Assembly: GCF_000142905.1 (NCBI RefSeq)
Contig: NW_013657586.1
Span: 1 to 9,949, forward strand
DNA from: Thecamonas trahens ATCC 50062
Taxonomy: Eukaryota > Protista > Apusomonadida
Length of the DNA stretch: 9,949 nt
Reading direction: 5' to 3'
This document shows, piece after piece, positions 1 through 9,877 of this stretch. Position 1 is the stretch's first letter. Each line of letters starts with the position of its first letter. The position numbers were made by a program, and so were the translations under genes. The notes beneath the pieces were generated by a model. That model was not told the DNA's origin. It searched no databases and saw nothing but the letters and a program-made list of their open reading frames with translations.

Positions 1-3000
1 TGCACCGACCGAGAAGTTCGTACGCTAGTGGGAGACCGGTCCGCTCCACTTCGGCAACAGGGAGCGACGGCAGTGCATCGAGGACCCAGTGCGCGAGCCG
101 GAACACGACATGGACCTCCACTGCGGCAGGGTCGTAGGCTTCGAGCTTGGCCCCGCCGTCCTTGGTCACAGCCTCGTTTCGCAGAGCATCAAGCACCGCC
201 CGCGGCANNNNNNNNNNNNNNNNNNNNNNNNNNNNNNNNNNNNNNNNNNNNNNNNNNNNNNNNNNNNNNNNNNNNNNNNNNNNNNNNNNNNNNNNNNNNN
301 NNNNNNNNNNNNNNNNNNNNNNNNNNNNNNNNNNNNNNNNNNNNNNNNNNNNNNNNNNNNNNNNNNNNNNNNNNNNNNNNNNNNNNNNNNNNNNNNNNNN
401 NNNNNNNNNNNNNNNNNNNNNNNNNNNNNNNNNNNNNNNNNNNNNNNNNNNNNNNNNNNNNNNNNNNNNNNNNNNNNNNNNNNNNNNNNNNNNNNNNNNN
501 NNNNNNNNNNNNNNNNNNNNNNNNNNNNNNNNNNNNNNNNNNNNNNNNNNNNNNNNNNNNNNNNNNNNNNNNNNNNNNNNNNNNNNNNNNNNNNNNNNNN
601 NNNNNNNNNNNNNNNNNNNNNNNNNNNNNNNNNNNNNNNNNNNNNNNNNNNNNNNNNNNNNNNNNNNNNNNNNNNNNNNNNNNNNNNNNNNNNNNNNNNN
701 NNNNNNNNNNNNNNNNNNNNNNNNNNNNNNNNNNNNNNNNNNNNNNNNNNNNNNNNNNNNNNNNNNNNNNNNNNNNNNNNNNNNNNNNNNAGCCGGAGAC
801 CGCACCTGGGCCAACAGGCCGAAGATCTGATGGAGTGAAACCGCGATACGCTCCACGCCTTCGTACGACTCGGCCGCCACGGCGCCCGAGCTCAGCAGAG
901 TAATCAGGTCGTCCTCGGCGTGGCAGAGAAGCGGCGCAAGCCTCCACTGCGGCAGGGTCGTAGGTGGGCGCCATCGACATCGCCCGTTGGTCACAGCCTC
1001 GTTTCGCAGCAGCGACATGGACGACGCCTCACGCTCTTCTTGCCGCCCGACGCCACAACAGCAGGCAAAGCGCCAGCGACCTCACATAGCAGCCGCATCT
1101 TGGCCGACGCCTGCGCGAGCGCCTTGAGTGCGCCGACAACAGAGTCGTCGCCGCCACCCACCGACTCGTTGTTTTGAGCCAGCAGCTCCTGCGAGGCCGC
1201 GCCCTTGGCCATCGAACTCACCACACCGGAGATCGAAGCCTCCAGCGCGTCCATCAGCGCGTCGCGGGTGGTGTCGTCGCTGGCCTCGGGTCCGATCCGC
1301 GCATCGGCCCAAAACGCAGCCGCAAGGCCGTCCACCAGAATCTCGAATCGCGGGCCGTCGATGATGCCCTCCGCGCTGGAAACAGTGGCATGCAGCGCGC
1401 GCGCGCGCTCCGAGACGAGACCCAGGCGGCGGAAGCCCTCAAAGTAGAGCACGTCGTCCGAGATGATGCCCTCGCCGCGGGCAACGCGATCAAGCGCGTC
1501 CATCGCGTCGCGGGTCGCCGCCGACCAAGCCGCAACCATGGCTTCGCTCCGCATGAGCGCCGAGAGCCAGCGCCAGCGCAGGAGAAAGGCTTGGCGGGTG
1601 GCAAAGTCCCAGTCAGCCGGAGACCGCACCTGGGCCAACAGGCCGAAGATCTGATGGAGTGAAACCGCGATACGCTCCACGCCTTCGTACGACTCGGCCG
1701 CCACGGCGCCCGAGCTCAGCAGAGTAATCAGGTCGTCCTCGGCGTGGCAGAGAAGCGGCGCGAGCCACCAAGTGTAAAGGCCCCACACGTGGGCGCCATC
1801 GACATCGCCCGATGCGACACCGGCCGAGAGCTGGAGCAGCGACATCGACGACGCCTCGAGCTCCCCTGCCTCAGCCATGTGCTCGGTCCAACAGTAGCCT
1901 TGGTAAAGCATGCGAGCGAGGATGCTAACGTTGCCGCCGAGAGTGGCAACGGCGGCGACGTCGGCTGCAGACGCGCCGGCCACCGATCCAGCCCACAGAT
2001 CGCGGAGACGGGAGCGGAACGGCAACTCAACATACGTCGTCACCACATACTCGGCAAGGCCCAGAGCGCGAGTGAGCTTTGTCATGGACTCGGCGACGCG
2101 GGCACTGCAGTCGGTAGTTCCGACGGCGGTCTGCACAGCATCGGCGACACGCCGCAGCGATCGCACCGCGCCAGCCAGCCCGCGGACCACTGCATCGAGC
2201 TCGTCGGCATCAACAGCCTCGAGCGCAAGAACTAGCGCAATAAACAGGACATAGTGCTCGTCGCCAGACGCCGCCGCCGCAGCGGCCAGCGCCTGCTCGG
2301 CGCCGGAGGCCAGAGGCCGCGGCGCCTCATCGGTCGCCCGCTCGCCCGAAGCGTAGCAGGCTGGCAAGAGGCACCAGTCCGCGGGACTGAGATGACGGAC
2401 AAGGATGGCGTCGAGGCCTGCGGCACGCGCCGAGTGCTCGAGCGAGGCAAATGCTTCGTCCCAAACGATGCCAAAGGCGCTTGCGGCGGCGGCCTCGAGG
2501 AGCCAGCGCGAGACCTCGGTGACGTCGGTGGCACGGGCGGTAGCCGGCGAGCGTGCGAGCGCGCCGAGGGTAGTCAACCGCGGCCAGAGGCCAGCTGCGG
2601 TGAGCGTGCCGCCAGCGGCGTGGACTAGGGCGGCAGTGGACGGGACGACCGCATCGGGACCGTAGACCTCGGAGACGACGCTGCTGAGAATGGGGGCAAC
2701 CGGAACGGCCTCGCGCTCCAGCGCGTTGACGACGAGCGCCGAGGCGTCGCGGAGCTGGGTCAGCGACGCGCCGGGCACCGAGGTGTGTGCTGCGGTGAGT
2801 GCGAGCGGAAGGACCTTACCGGGCACACCAGCAGCGGCAGTGAGGGCGAGCAAGTCGCGCTCCGAGCTTGGGACCGGGAGCACAATCTCCACGCCACGGT
2901 TGCGCATGGCGCGTGAGACCTCGCCAAACTGCGGATCAAGGGCAAGGATGAGGCGGAACTCGGGGTGCGGAACGATGACCTTGACCTCGCCGTCGACCAT

Positions 3001-6000
3001 GCCGCGCTCGGTGACAGTGAGCACGCCATTGGGCTCGAGCAGTGGGTTGAGGCGGTCGAGAACAGCAGCCGACGCGAGGTTGGCGTTGTCCAGGAGAACC
3101 CAGGCGCCGGACTCGAGAGCCGAGATGAGGGCGCCATCGAGCCACTCGAAGCGGCCGACGGTCGAGTCAACGCCGCGCGGCAGGCGCGCAAGCTTGGCAG
3201 AAACGGTCTCCAGACCATCGACCACGCCGGGCTCGCACCCGACGGCGTCATTGAGCTTGGCCACAAGCTCGACAATGGTGTCGAGTGCCGAGAGCGCGGC
3301 GTCGGCCGAGGCGTCGTTCGGAAATGCATGCCAGGCGTGTCCGAGGGCAGTGGCAGCGGCGGCAACACCGGGAGCGGCGCCGGGCGACGAGGCGACCACC
3401 AGGCCCGAGGCAAGGACGGTGCGGACGAGCGGGCCGAGCATGCCCTTGAGCTCCTGAGCATGGCGAACAAGGTCCATCTGCTCAAAGCCGCCGAGCAGCT
3501 CCATGGCATCGATAGAGTGGTTCATGGCCAGCTCAACGAGGGCATGGCCAGTGAGACCTGCGGCAGCGCGGACGAGCGAGGTCTTGCCGGACGCGGGCGG
3601 GCCGACGAGAATAGCCATCCAGCGCATTTCGAGAGTCTTAAGCAGAGCCTCAAGCGGCTTGCGCTGGGCCTCGAGCGGGAGTGCCGGCTGAGCGCCGAGA
3701 AGCAGCGCCTTTTGTGCGCCCGGCAGGCGCGGGACCGAGGCCAGGCCGACGCGGACAGCATCGGGCGCGACGGCAAGCGCCGGAAGGGCGTCGAGGCGGA
3801 CGGCAGGTGGCAGCTGCTCGCCGGTGACCCGCTCAAAGAGAGCGACCATGGCGTTGACGTCGGCCGGTGTCCGCATGCGGACGAGGTACATGAGCGAGAT
3901 CCATGTGGCCCAGTGGACGTCTGGATGGGCAACAACGAGCTCGCACCAACGGGCTGTGTCACGGAGGTTGAACTCCCACGGCGCCCCGGCGCGGGCAAAG
4001 GCGCGATCACGGGTGATGGCGGCGGTGGCAGCGGCGTTAAAGTCGACCATGGCCGAGAGGGCAGCCGGAGCAAGAGTGGGGAACTTGGCGCGGAGAATGG
4101 CGAGGAGGTCGACGCGAGTGAGCTCGGAGAGGTAGACCTGGGTGAATCGGTTGAGGAACGACTTGGGCAGGCCCTTGCGCCCACCGCCCTGCTCGAGCGG
4201 GTTCTGGCATGCAAAGAGACGAAAGTGCGGCGAGGCCGGGAAAGTTCGGCCAAGCTCAGGGATAAAGACCTCAGCGCGATGATCGAGGCAGGCGTTGAGA
4301 CCCTCGAGGACCGACTGAGACGCAAGATTGAGCTCGTCAAGGAGGACCCAGTCGCCTGCGCGGAGCGCCTGAAGGAAGACGCCATCGCGCCAGGCAAACT
4401 GGCCGGGTGCTCCGCCCTCGACCGGCAGGTCCGAACCAAACAGGTCCATGATGTCGGTCTGCTCCGAGAGGTTGATGCGGACGACGCGCTTGCCAGCGGC
4501 GCGGGCAAGGGCGACGACGAGCGAGGTCTTGCCTACGCCCGGCGAGCCCTCAAGCAGGATAGGCTTGCCCGGGAGCTGGAGAGCACGGAGGACACGAAGG
4601 GCGTTGGCAGAGGGCGTCGGGGCGTCAAAGGCAAAGTCGACGGTGCCTGCAGAGCCGGCAGCGAGTGCGGCGCGGACAGCGTCCGGCGAGGCCGGGATCA
4701 TAAACGGCGGGATGCCGACGCGCCCAGCATCGGCGTCAATCTGGAAGGCCAGGCTCGAGTTGAGCGGGTTTGCAGCGCTCCGCTGGTCGGCCGACGGCAA
4801 GTCAAAGTCGAGGAGAGCAGCGAGGAACGAGTAGGCATCGGCGGCAACGTCTGCGCCTGCCGGCGAGGCGAGGCCATCGAGAAAGACGATGGCGGCGCCG
4901 TGGAGGGCAGCGAGCTCGATGCCAAGCTCTTCGGCGGTGATGTTGATAAAGGCGGCCCAGGCAAGCATGTCACGGATGGAGATGACGAGCGAGGCAGCGC
5001 CAGAGGTGCCGAGTGCGGCCGCGTCCTCGTCGAGCGACCAGTTGAGAAGGGCGGGACGGGTGGTGTCCGAGGCGAGGGCGTTGCGGAGCGCTGTTGCGGC
5101 GTGGGCGAGGTCGCGGTGTGAGGGCGAGGGCGGGGCAATCTCGTGCGGCGCCTTGAGGAAGCGAATGAGGTAGAGCATGTAGATGACGAGGCCCGGGAAG
5201 GCGTCGCGGATGGCCGGCGCAATGTGAGCGTCGAGGATGGCAGCGAGATCGCAGGCTGCCGTCAGCGGCGGGACCCAGATCTCTGTGAAGCGGTTGCGGA
5301 GGGCGGGCGAGAGCTCCTTCTTGCCAAATCACCGCCGGGGTTCATGGTGGCGAGCACGGCAAAGCCCGGGGCGCCACGGAGCGTCTCCGGCGCGTCGCCG
5401 CCCTTTTCGGCGAGGACAAGCGTCTTTGACGGCTCGAGAACTGAGTTGAGGCGCTCGAGGACGGCGTCCTCGGCAAGCGAGATCTCGTCGATAAGGAACA
5501 TGTCGCCGGCCTTCATGGCGGCCGGGAGCGGGCCGTCGTACCATGCAAAGAGGGTGCCGTGGGCGTCGACAAGCTCGTCGAGGCCGGCGAGCTCGGGGTC
5601 TTCTGCACGCGCTGCCTGCGGGAGGTCGCGGTAGGCGGCGATGAGCGAGTCGAGATCAACGTCGTCGCCGAGGGCGGCGATGGCCGGGGCGAGCGCGGAT
5701 GCGGCGGCGAGCTTCTCGCCCAACTCTGCGGCGAGGGCAGAGCGGTTGCGGAGCGGGCGGAGCGAGCCCAAAAAGTCAGAAGTCTCTGTATGCTGGTGGA
5801 CGTTGAGGATGACAAGGCGCTGGCCGCGGAGGCGGGCGAGGAGCTGGCAGACGGTGGTCTTGCCGGCGCCTGTGGCGCCTACGAGAAGGACCGACTCGCC
5901 GGCGGCGATGGCTGCGGCAACAAGCGCAAGCATGCGCGTGAGGCCTGGGGTGAGGACAAGATCGTCGGCGTGGCTCGAGTCCCGGAGGCTCACAACGGCC

Positions 6001-9000
6001 TCGGCGTCGTCGTAGGCAGACGAGGCTCGAGGGCGACCTTGAGGTGCTGGGCGAGAGCGGTAGCGACGTGGGCCTTCTCGGCATCCGAGCGAAGGCGCTC
6101 TGCGAGGAGCATGTAGCCGGCGAGTGCGAGCTGGTCGTAGCCAGACGGCGAGCGCTCGGCCCAGCGGAAGAGGTCGCGCGGGGTGATGAAGCCGTGCTTG
6201 CCCGCAAAGACGGCGTCGTTTGAGCGGACGCGCTGGAGCTGGGTCATGACAGCGACCATCTTGGTGGCGTACGACTTGGGCATGGCGCAGCGCTTCTCAA
6301 TGATGACGGCGAGCTCGTCGGCGGGAATGTCCTCGACGTGGAGCTGGAGGAAGCGGTTGGCAAAGGCCTTTGAGAGGACCTTGCGGCCGCCGTAGAGACC
6401 CGGCGGGTTCTGGGTGGCAAAGAGGCGGAAGGCCGGATGCGGGGTGATCCGGGCACCGGTCTCGGGAATGAAGAGCTCGCGATTGTCATCAAGGAGGCGG
6501 TTGAGGGCCTCGAGGACCTCTGACGGGGCGAGGTTGAGCTCGTCGAGAACAAGCCAGGAGCCGGAGCGAACAGCCTGGACGAGGAGGCCCTCCTGGAAGA
6601 CGAGCGATCCGGAGGGGCCGGCAACGTAGGAGCCGATGTACTCTTGCAAGTCGGTGTGCTCGTGGTTGTTGATGCGGACAAAGTCGTGGCCTGTGGCGGC
6701 GGCGAGGTACTCAACCATGGACGTCTTTCCGGCCGACGTGGGGCCTTGCAGGAGGATGGGGTACTTGCCGGCGAGGATGCCACGGGCGAGGTTCTTGAGA
6801 TGCATGCGGACGGTACGAGTGAGAATAAACTTGGGATTAACGACCGGCTTGTTGGGGCCTGTGGAGAGCCAAAAGTGCTCAAAGAGAACGTGACCGTCGC
6901 CCGGATGGGCAGGAGGCTTTGTGAGCTGGTGCAACTTGCGCGAGGCGAGGAGGGTGTCGGTCATGATAGAGCCGAGCTCGTCTTGGGCCGCCGCCGAGAG
7001 CTGGGTCATAAACGCCATGGAGAAGCCCTCGTAGAGAGCACGCTCGAGACCGTAGGCCGGGCCGAGCTGAGCGGTAAAGGAGAGGGCGCGAGTGAGGGTG
7101 CGGAGCGAGTAGACCGGGCGAAGGCCGGCGCCGTCGGTGAGCGAGGACGTGGCGGCGGCGCGGGCGGCCGAGTAAAAGGCGACGACGGGCTGGACGGGCG
7201 GCGAGGGGAAGACGCCGTGGAGGTAGGCGCGGACGACGAGGCCGAGGTCTGTGGCGGATGTGAGCTCGGGGACGTAGAACTGCGAGAAGCGCGAGCGAAT
7301 GCCCGGCGGCAGATCCTGCTTGCCGACGTCCGTGGCCGGGTTCATGGCAGCAAAGAGGCGGAAGTTGGGGTGCGGGCGGAGAGCCTGGACGTCGCCGCGC
7401 TCGGTGAGGAAGAGATAGGCCGAGCCTGCGGGCTCGAGGAGGCCTGTGAGGCACTCGAGCGCAGCGGGCGAGGCGAGGTTGATCTCGTCGAGAAGGACCC
7501 AGTCACCGGCGCGGAGGGCGCGGACAAGATCGCCCTCGACAAAGGCAAAGGCAAAGGAGGAGGTGAGGGCGTCCTTTTGTTTGGCGAGGGCGTCGAGCGA
7601 GGCGGCGAGGGCGGACCAGCGGGTGCGGAGGTTGGGCCGCAAGTTATCGCGGGACTCGAGCATGGAGAGCGCCGAGGTCATGCCGCGGAGGAGGACGGAC
7701 CAGCGGGAGCGGGCAAAGGCGCCGTGGAGCTTCTTGAGAAACTTTGCGTTTGCCGACCTCGAAAAGGTGGCGCCGAAGAGCTGATCAAACTCGTCGAGGA
7801 GCGGGGCGAGGAGGAGGCGCATGTTGACGGGCTTGAAGCCGCCAAGGAGCTCGGTGACATCGGTCTGCTGGTTGAGGTTCTGGACGCGGAGAGCGACGCC
7901 GAGGGCCGAGGCGAGGAACTGCAGAGCGGTGGTCTTTCCGGATCCGGTCTCGCCAATGAGGAGGAGCGGTTCGGCGAGCGAGACGGCGATGCCCATCTGG
8001 AGGGCGAGGCGGAGGAAGGTCGAGGTGAGGGCAAAGTGCGGGGCCTGGGCCGGCGGGGCCTCTGTGGGCAGGGTGAGCGGGCCGATGGTGAGCGACGAGG
8101 CCGTGGACGAAAGCTCGGGCGTGTGGTCGTACATGTAGTACTCTGCGCGTGCGGCCGGAAGGTTGAGGCAGGTGTTGGCGATGTAGCGAGCGAGCTCGTC
8201 CTGCAGCTCACGTTTGGGGAGCTTTGCGCAAAAGGCCGAGAGCGCGGCCTGGAGCACGACCTCAGCGGTCGCCTGGGTCCCGGCCAGGGCGTGCTCGAGG
8301 GCGGAGTCGGAGCCGAGGCCGAGCAGCGGGAGGCGCGCGACAAAGCGGAGCAGGTCGCGCGGCGTGAGCTCGATCGAGAGCCGCAGGGTGGTCGAGATGG
8401 GAGCCGAAGGCGGAAGGTGGGCGATCGAGACGTAGACGCCAACGAGGCGGGACGCGAGGCAGGCGAGGCGCGGGAAGCGCGCTGCAACAACGGCAACGAG
8501 CTCGTCCTCGGCGAGCGGGGCGAGCTTGACGGTGTGCCAGAGGTGAGCGAGCGGGGTGGAGGCTGCGCGGGCGGCGGCGGAGGAGCTGGCGAGCGCGTAG
8601 CGGTCGGTGAGGGTGGCAAAGAGGCGGAAGGAGGGCGCGGCGGCGATGCGGAGGCCGCGGCCTGGGATGAGGACCGACCGCGACTCTAGGACCGGGATGA
8701 GAGTGGAGAGGAGCTCGGGCGGCGCGGCGTCAAGGTCCTCGATGACTAGCCAGTTGCCGTCGAGGAGGCAGCGAGTGAGGGTACCGGGTTGCCAGACAAA
8801 CTCACCAGGCGCCTCGCCGCAGACGTAGCCGCCGAGCAGCGACTTGGCGTCCGTCTGGTCGGAGAGGTGCAGCTTGACGGTGGTGGGCACGCCGAGGGTG
8901 GCGCCGAGGTGTGTGATGAGGGCCGACTTGCCGCATCCGGGTGGGCCGCGCACAAGGGTCGGCATGGCAAGCGATACAGCCGAGGCGAGCGAAGTCAAGT

Positions 9001-9877
9001 TGCGCTCGGCCGAGGCGGTGAGGACAAACGGCTCGCTCGCGGTGGCGGCGTCGACGGCAGGCGCTGCCGAGGCGCGAGTGGCGCGGGCGAGGAGGACACC
9101 GCAGACATCGACCATGTGCTCGTGCGAGAGGGCAGCGGCTGTGACTGGCCAGCGGCAGGCGGCGGGATGGCTGGGCGGCGCAAGCGGCGCCGCCGCGAGA
9201 GCCGCGCCGTGAGCCGCGCGGAGGGCAGTCAGCCACGCGTACGGCACGCTCTCCTCCTCAGCGGGCAAGAGCGGGGCGAGCCGGGCCTCGATGGCCTGCC
9301 GCTGCTTGGCCGGCAGGTCGAGGACGAGGGTGGCGAGGGCGAGGCCAAAGCGGGCGAGAACTGGCGGGAGGGCCGGGAGGTGGGCCACGAGCCGGAGCGG
9401 GAGCGCCGAGGCGAGGAGCGGCTTGAAGGCTGCAGGCGCAACGCAGAGAAGTAGAAAGGCGGCGCGAAGGGCAGCATCCAGCCCATCGATGTCGTCCTGC
9501 GCCAGCTCAAGGGCAGGAGGAGCAGGCTCACTGCTCGCCTCGGAGGCATCACCACCATCGTCTGCAGCCGGATCGATGGGAAGGAGCGACTCGAGGCGAC
9601 GAAGCAGTGGCGGCGAAGTGGCAAAGAAGGGAAGTGCGAGCTCGAGCGTATGAGGGGCGAGGAGAAGAGCATGAGCCAGGCCGAGAGCTGCCCGTTCAAA
9701 GGCGGCGAGCGGGAGGGGATTGGCAGCATGAGCAGCACGAAGACGGAGGACAAGTTCAGGAATGAGCGGACGAAAAGCAGGGAGAATGACCGGAGCAGCT
9801 GTAGCAGAGTCAGAAAAGGTCATCGACGCCAGTCCCGTCAGGAGCTCATCCGTCTCTGATGCCGTCAGCGAGTGTGT
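1..9877 (-). CDS. MDN1: Midasin (MDN1/Rea1) AAA+ ATPase, partial, reconstructed across two frameshifts and an assembly gap (about 3,000 aa visible; continues past position 1)
   Basis: Six tandem AAA modules occur in midasin order. Walker A motifs: GPPGCGKS (8924-8947), GETGSGKT (7931-7954), GPTSAGKT (6722-6745), GATGAGKT (5856-5879), GSPGVGKT (4525-4548), GPPASGKT (3580-3603). Walker B motifs: LVIEDLD, LLDEINLA, LVLDELNLA, FLIDEISLA, LLDELNLA, LLDNANLA. Family signatures include RINNHEHTDLQEYIGSY, FRLFATQNPPGLYGGRKVLS, RINLSEQTDIMDLFGSDLP, GGGRKGLPKSFLNRFT, GAPWEFNLRD and GEVSRAMRNRGVEI. Family assignment is from recognition of these motifs, not a database search. Confidence 0.97.
2..207 (-). 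CDS. MDN1: Continuation of the midasin linker beyond the gap (68 codons, open to the window edge; missed by the ORF track)
   Basis: Codons 205 to 2 read PRAVLDALRNEAVTKDGGAKLEAYDPAAVEVHVVFRLAHWVLDALPSLPVAEVERTGLPLAYELLGRC with no stop. This joins in frame to ...GGKKSV at 1032-1030 if 206-207 (ca) is overlapped with 1030-1031 (ca). Confidence 0.75.
208..790. other. Assembly gap (583 N)
   Basis: A run of N from 208 to 790. Confidence 1.
791..937 (+). repeat. Exact 147-bp direct copy of 1615-1761 (offset 824)
   Basis: agccggagaccgcacc...gcagagaagcggcgc is identical at both positions. Confidence 0.97.
938..1030 (+). repeat. Mosaic of alternating 23-24-bp blocks from two sources (115-184 and 1789-1857)
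   Basis: 941-964 = 115-138; 964-986 = 1789-1811; 987-1009 = 162-184; 1008-1030 = 1835-1857 with one mismatch. All offsets are 825-827. Confidence 0.93.
1030..5325 (-). CDS. MDN1: Midasin segment 3: end of AAA4, AAA5, AAA6 and start of the linker
   Basis: The frame of ORF 991..5178 is open upstream to 5325, reading GKKELSPALRNRFTEIWVPPLTAACDLAAILDAHIAPAIRDAFPGLVIYM. AAA5 and AAA6 motifs follow. Ala/Leu-rich helical linker-type sequence starts at about 2880. The ORF's last residues (RRRPCRCCETRL*) come from the mosaic region and are probably not real. Confidence 0.95.
5326..6023 (-). CDS. MDN1: Midasin segment 2: AAA4 large domain
   Basis: Same frame as ORF 5262..5993, extended upstream as SSAYDDAEAVVSLRD. 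Motifs: VLLVGATGAGKTTVCQ, LNVHQHTETSDFLGSLRP, LFAWYDGPL, DEISLAEDAVLERLNSVLEP and LATMNPGGD. Confidence 0.95.
6024..9823 (-). CDS. MDN1: Midasin segment 1: N-terminal domain, AAA1, AAA2 (with H2-alpha insert) and AAA3
   Basis: Corresponds to ORF 5990..9823. It has the N-terminal FRPLIPELVLR motif, three Walker A/B pairs and the AAA2 helical insert between LLGGFKP and SFAFAFVEG (~7540-7823). AAA3 ends in ITPRDLFRWA...GYMLLAERLR. Midasin-like sequence ends at about KVALEP (~6024). Confidence 0.95.

Noticed and set aside
28-980. ORFs spanning the N run
   Set aside because: They are open only because N translates as X.
938-1030. Alternating ~23-bp blocks as a CRISPR-like array, scrambled gene or diversity-generating cassette
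   Set aside because: No unit recurs. The blocks are collinear with two local sources at constant offset and sit at a contig end, which fits a mixed consensus of two mis-stacked reads.
2965-5121. 718-aa plus-strand ORF
   Set aside because: It is codon-aligned antisense to midasin, as expected when TTA/CTA/TCA codons are rare in a GC-rich gene. It has no recognisable domain.
5315-5335. Programmed -1 ribosomal frameshift
   Set aside because: There is no canonical slippery heptamer at either frameshift site. Short homopolymer under-calls in a visibly low-quality assembly are more parsimonious.
6644-8689. 681-aa plus-strand ORF
   Set aside because: Same in-register antisense shadow. Its G/E/R-rich composition mirrors the sense codons.
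3070-8755. Degenerate Walker B motifs in AAA1 (IEDLD) and AAA6 (LLDNAN) as signs of decay
   Set aside because: These deviations are normal features of Rea1/midasin AAA1 and AAA6.
991-9823. Three separate MoxR-like AAA genes in a bacterial-style operon
   Set aside because: The modules follow midasin AAA1-6 order. One break falls inside a conserved motif, and each break is repaired by a single base.
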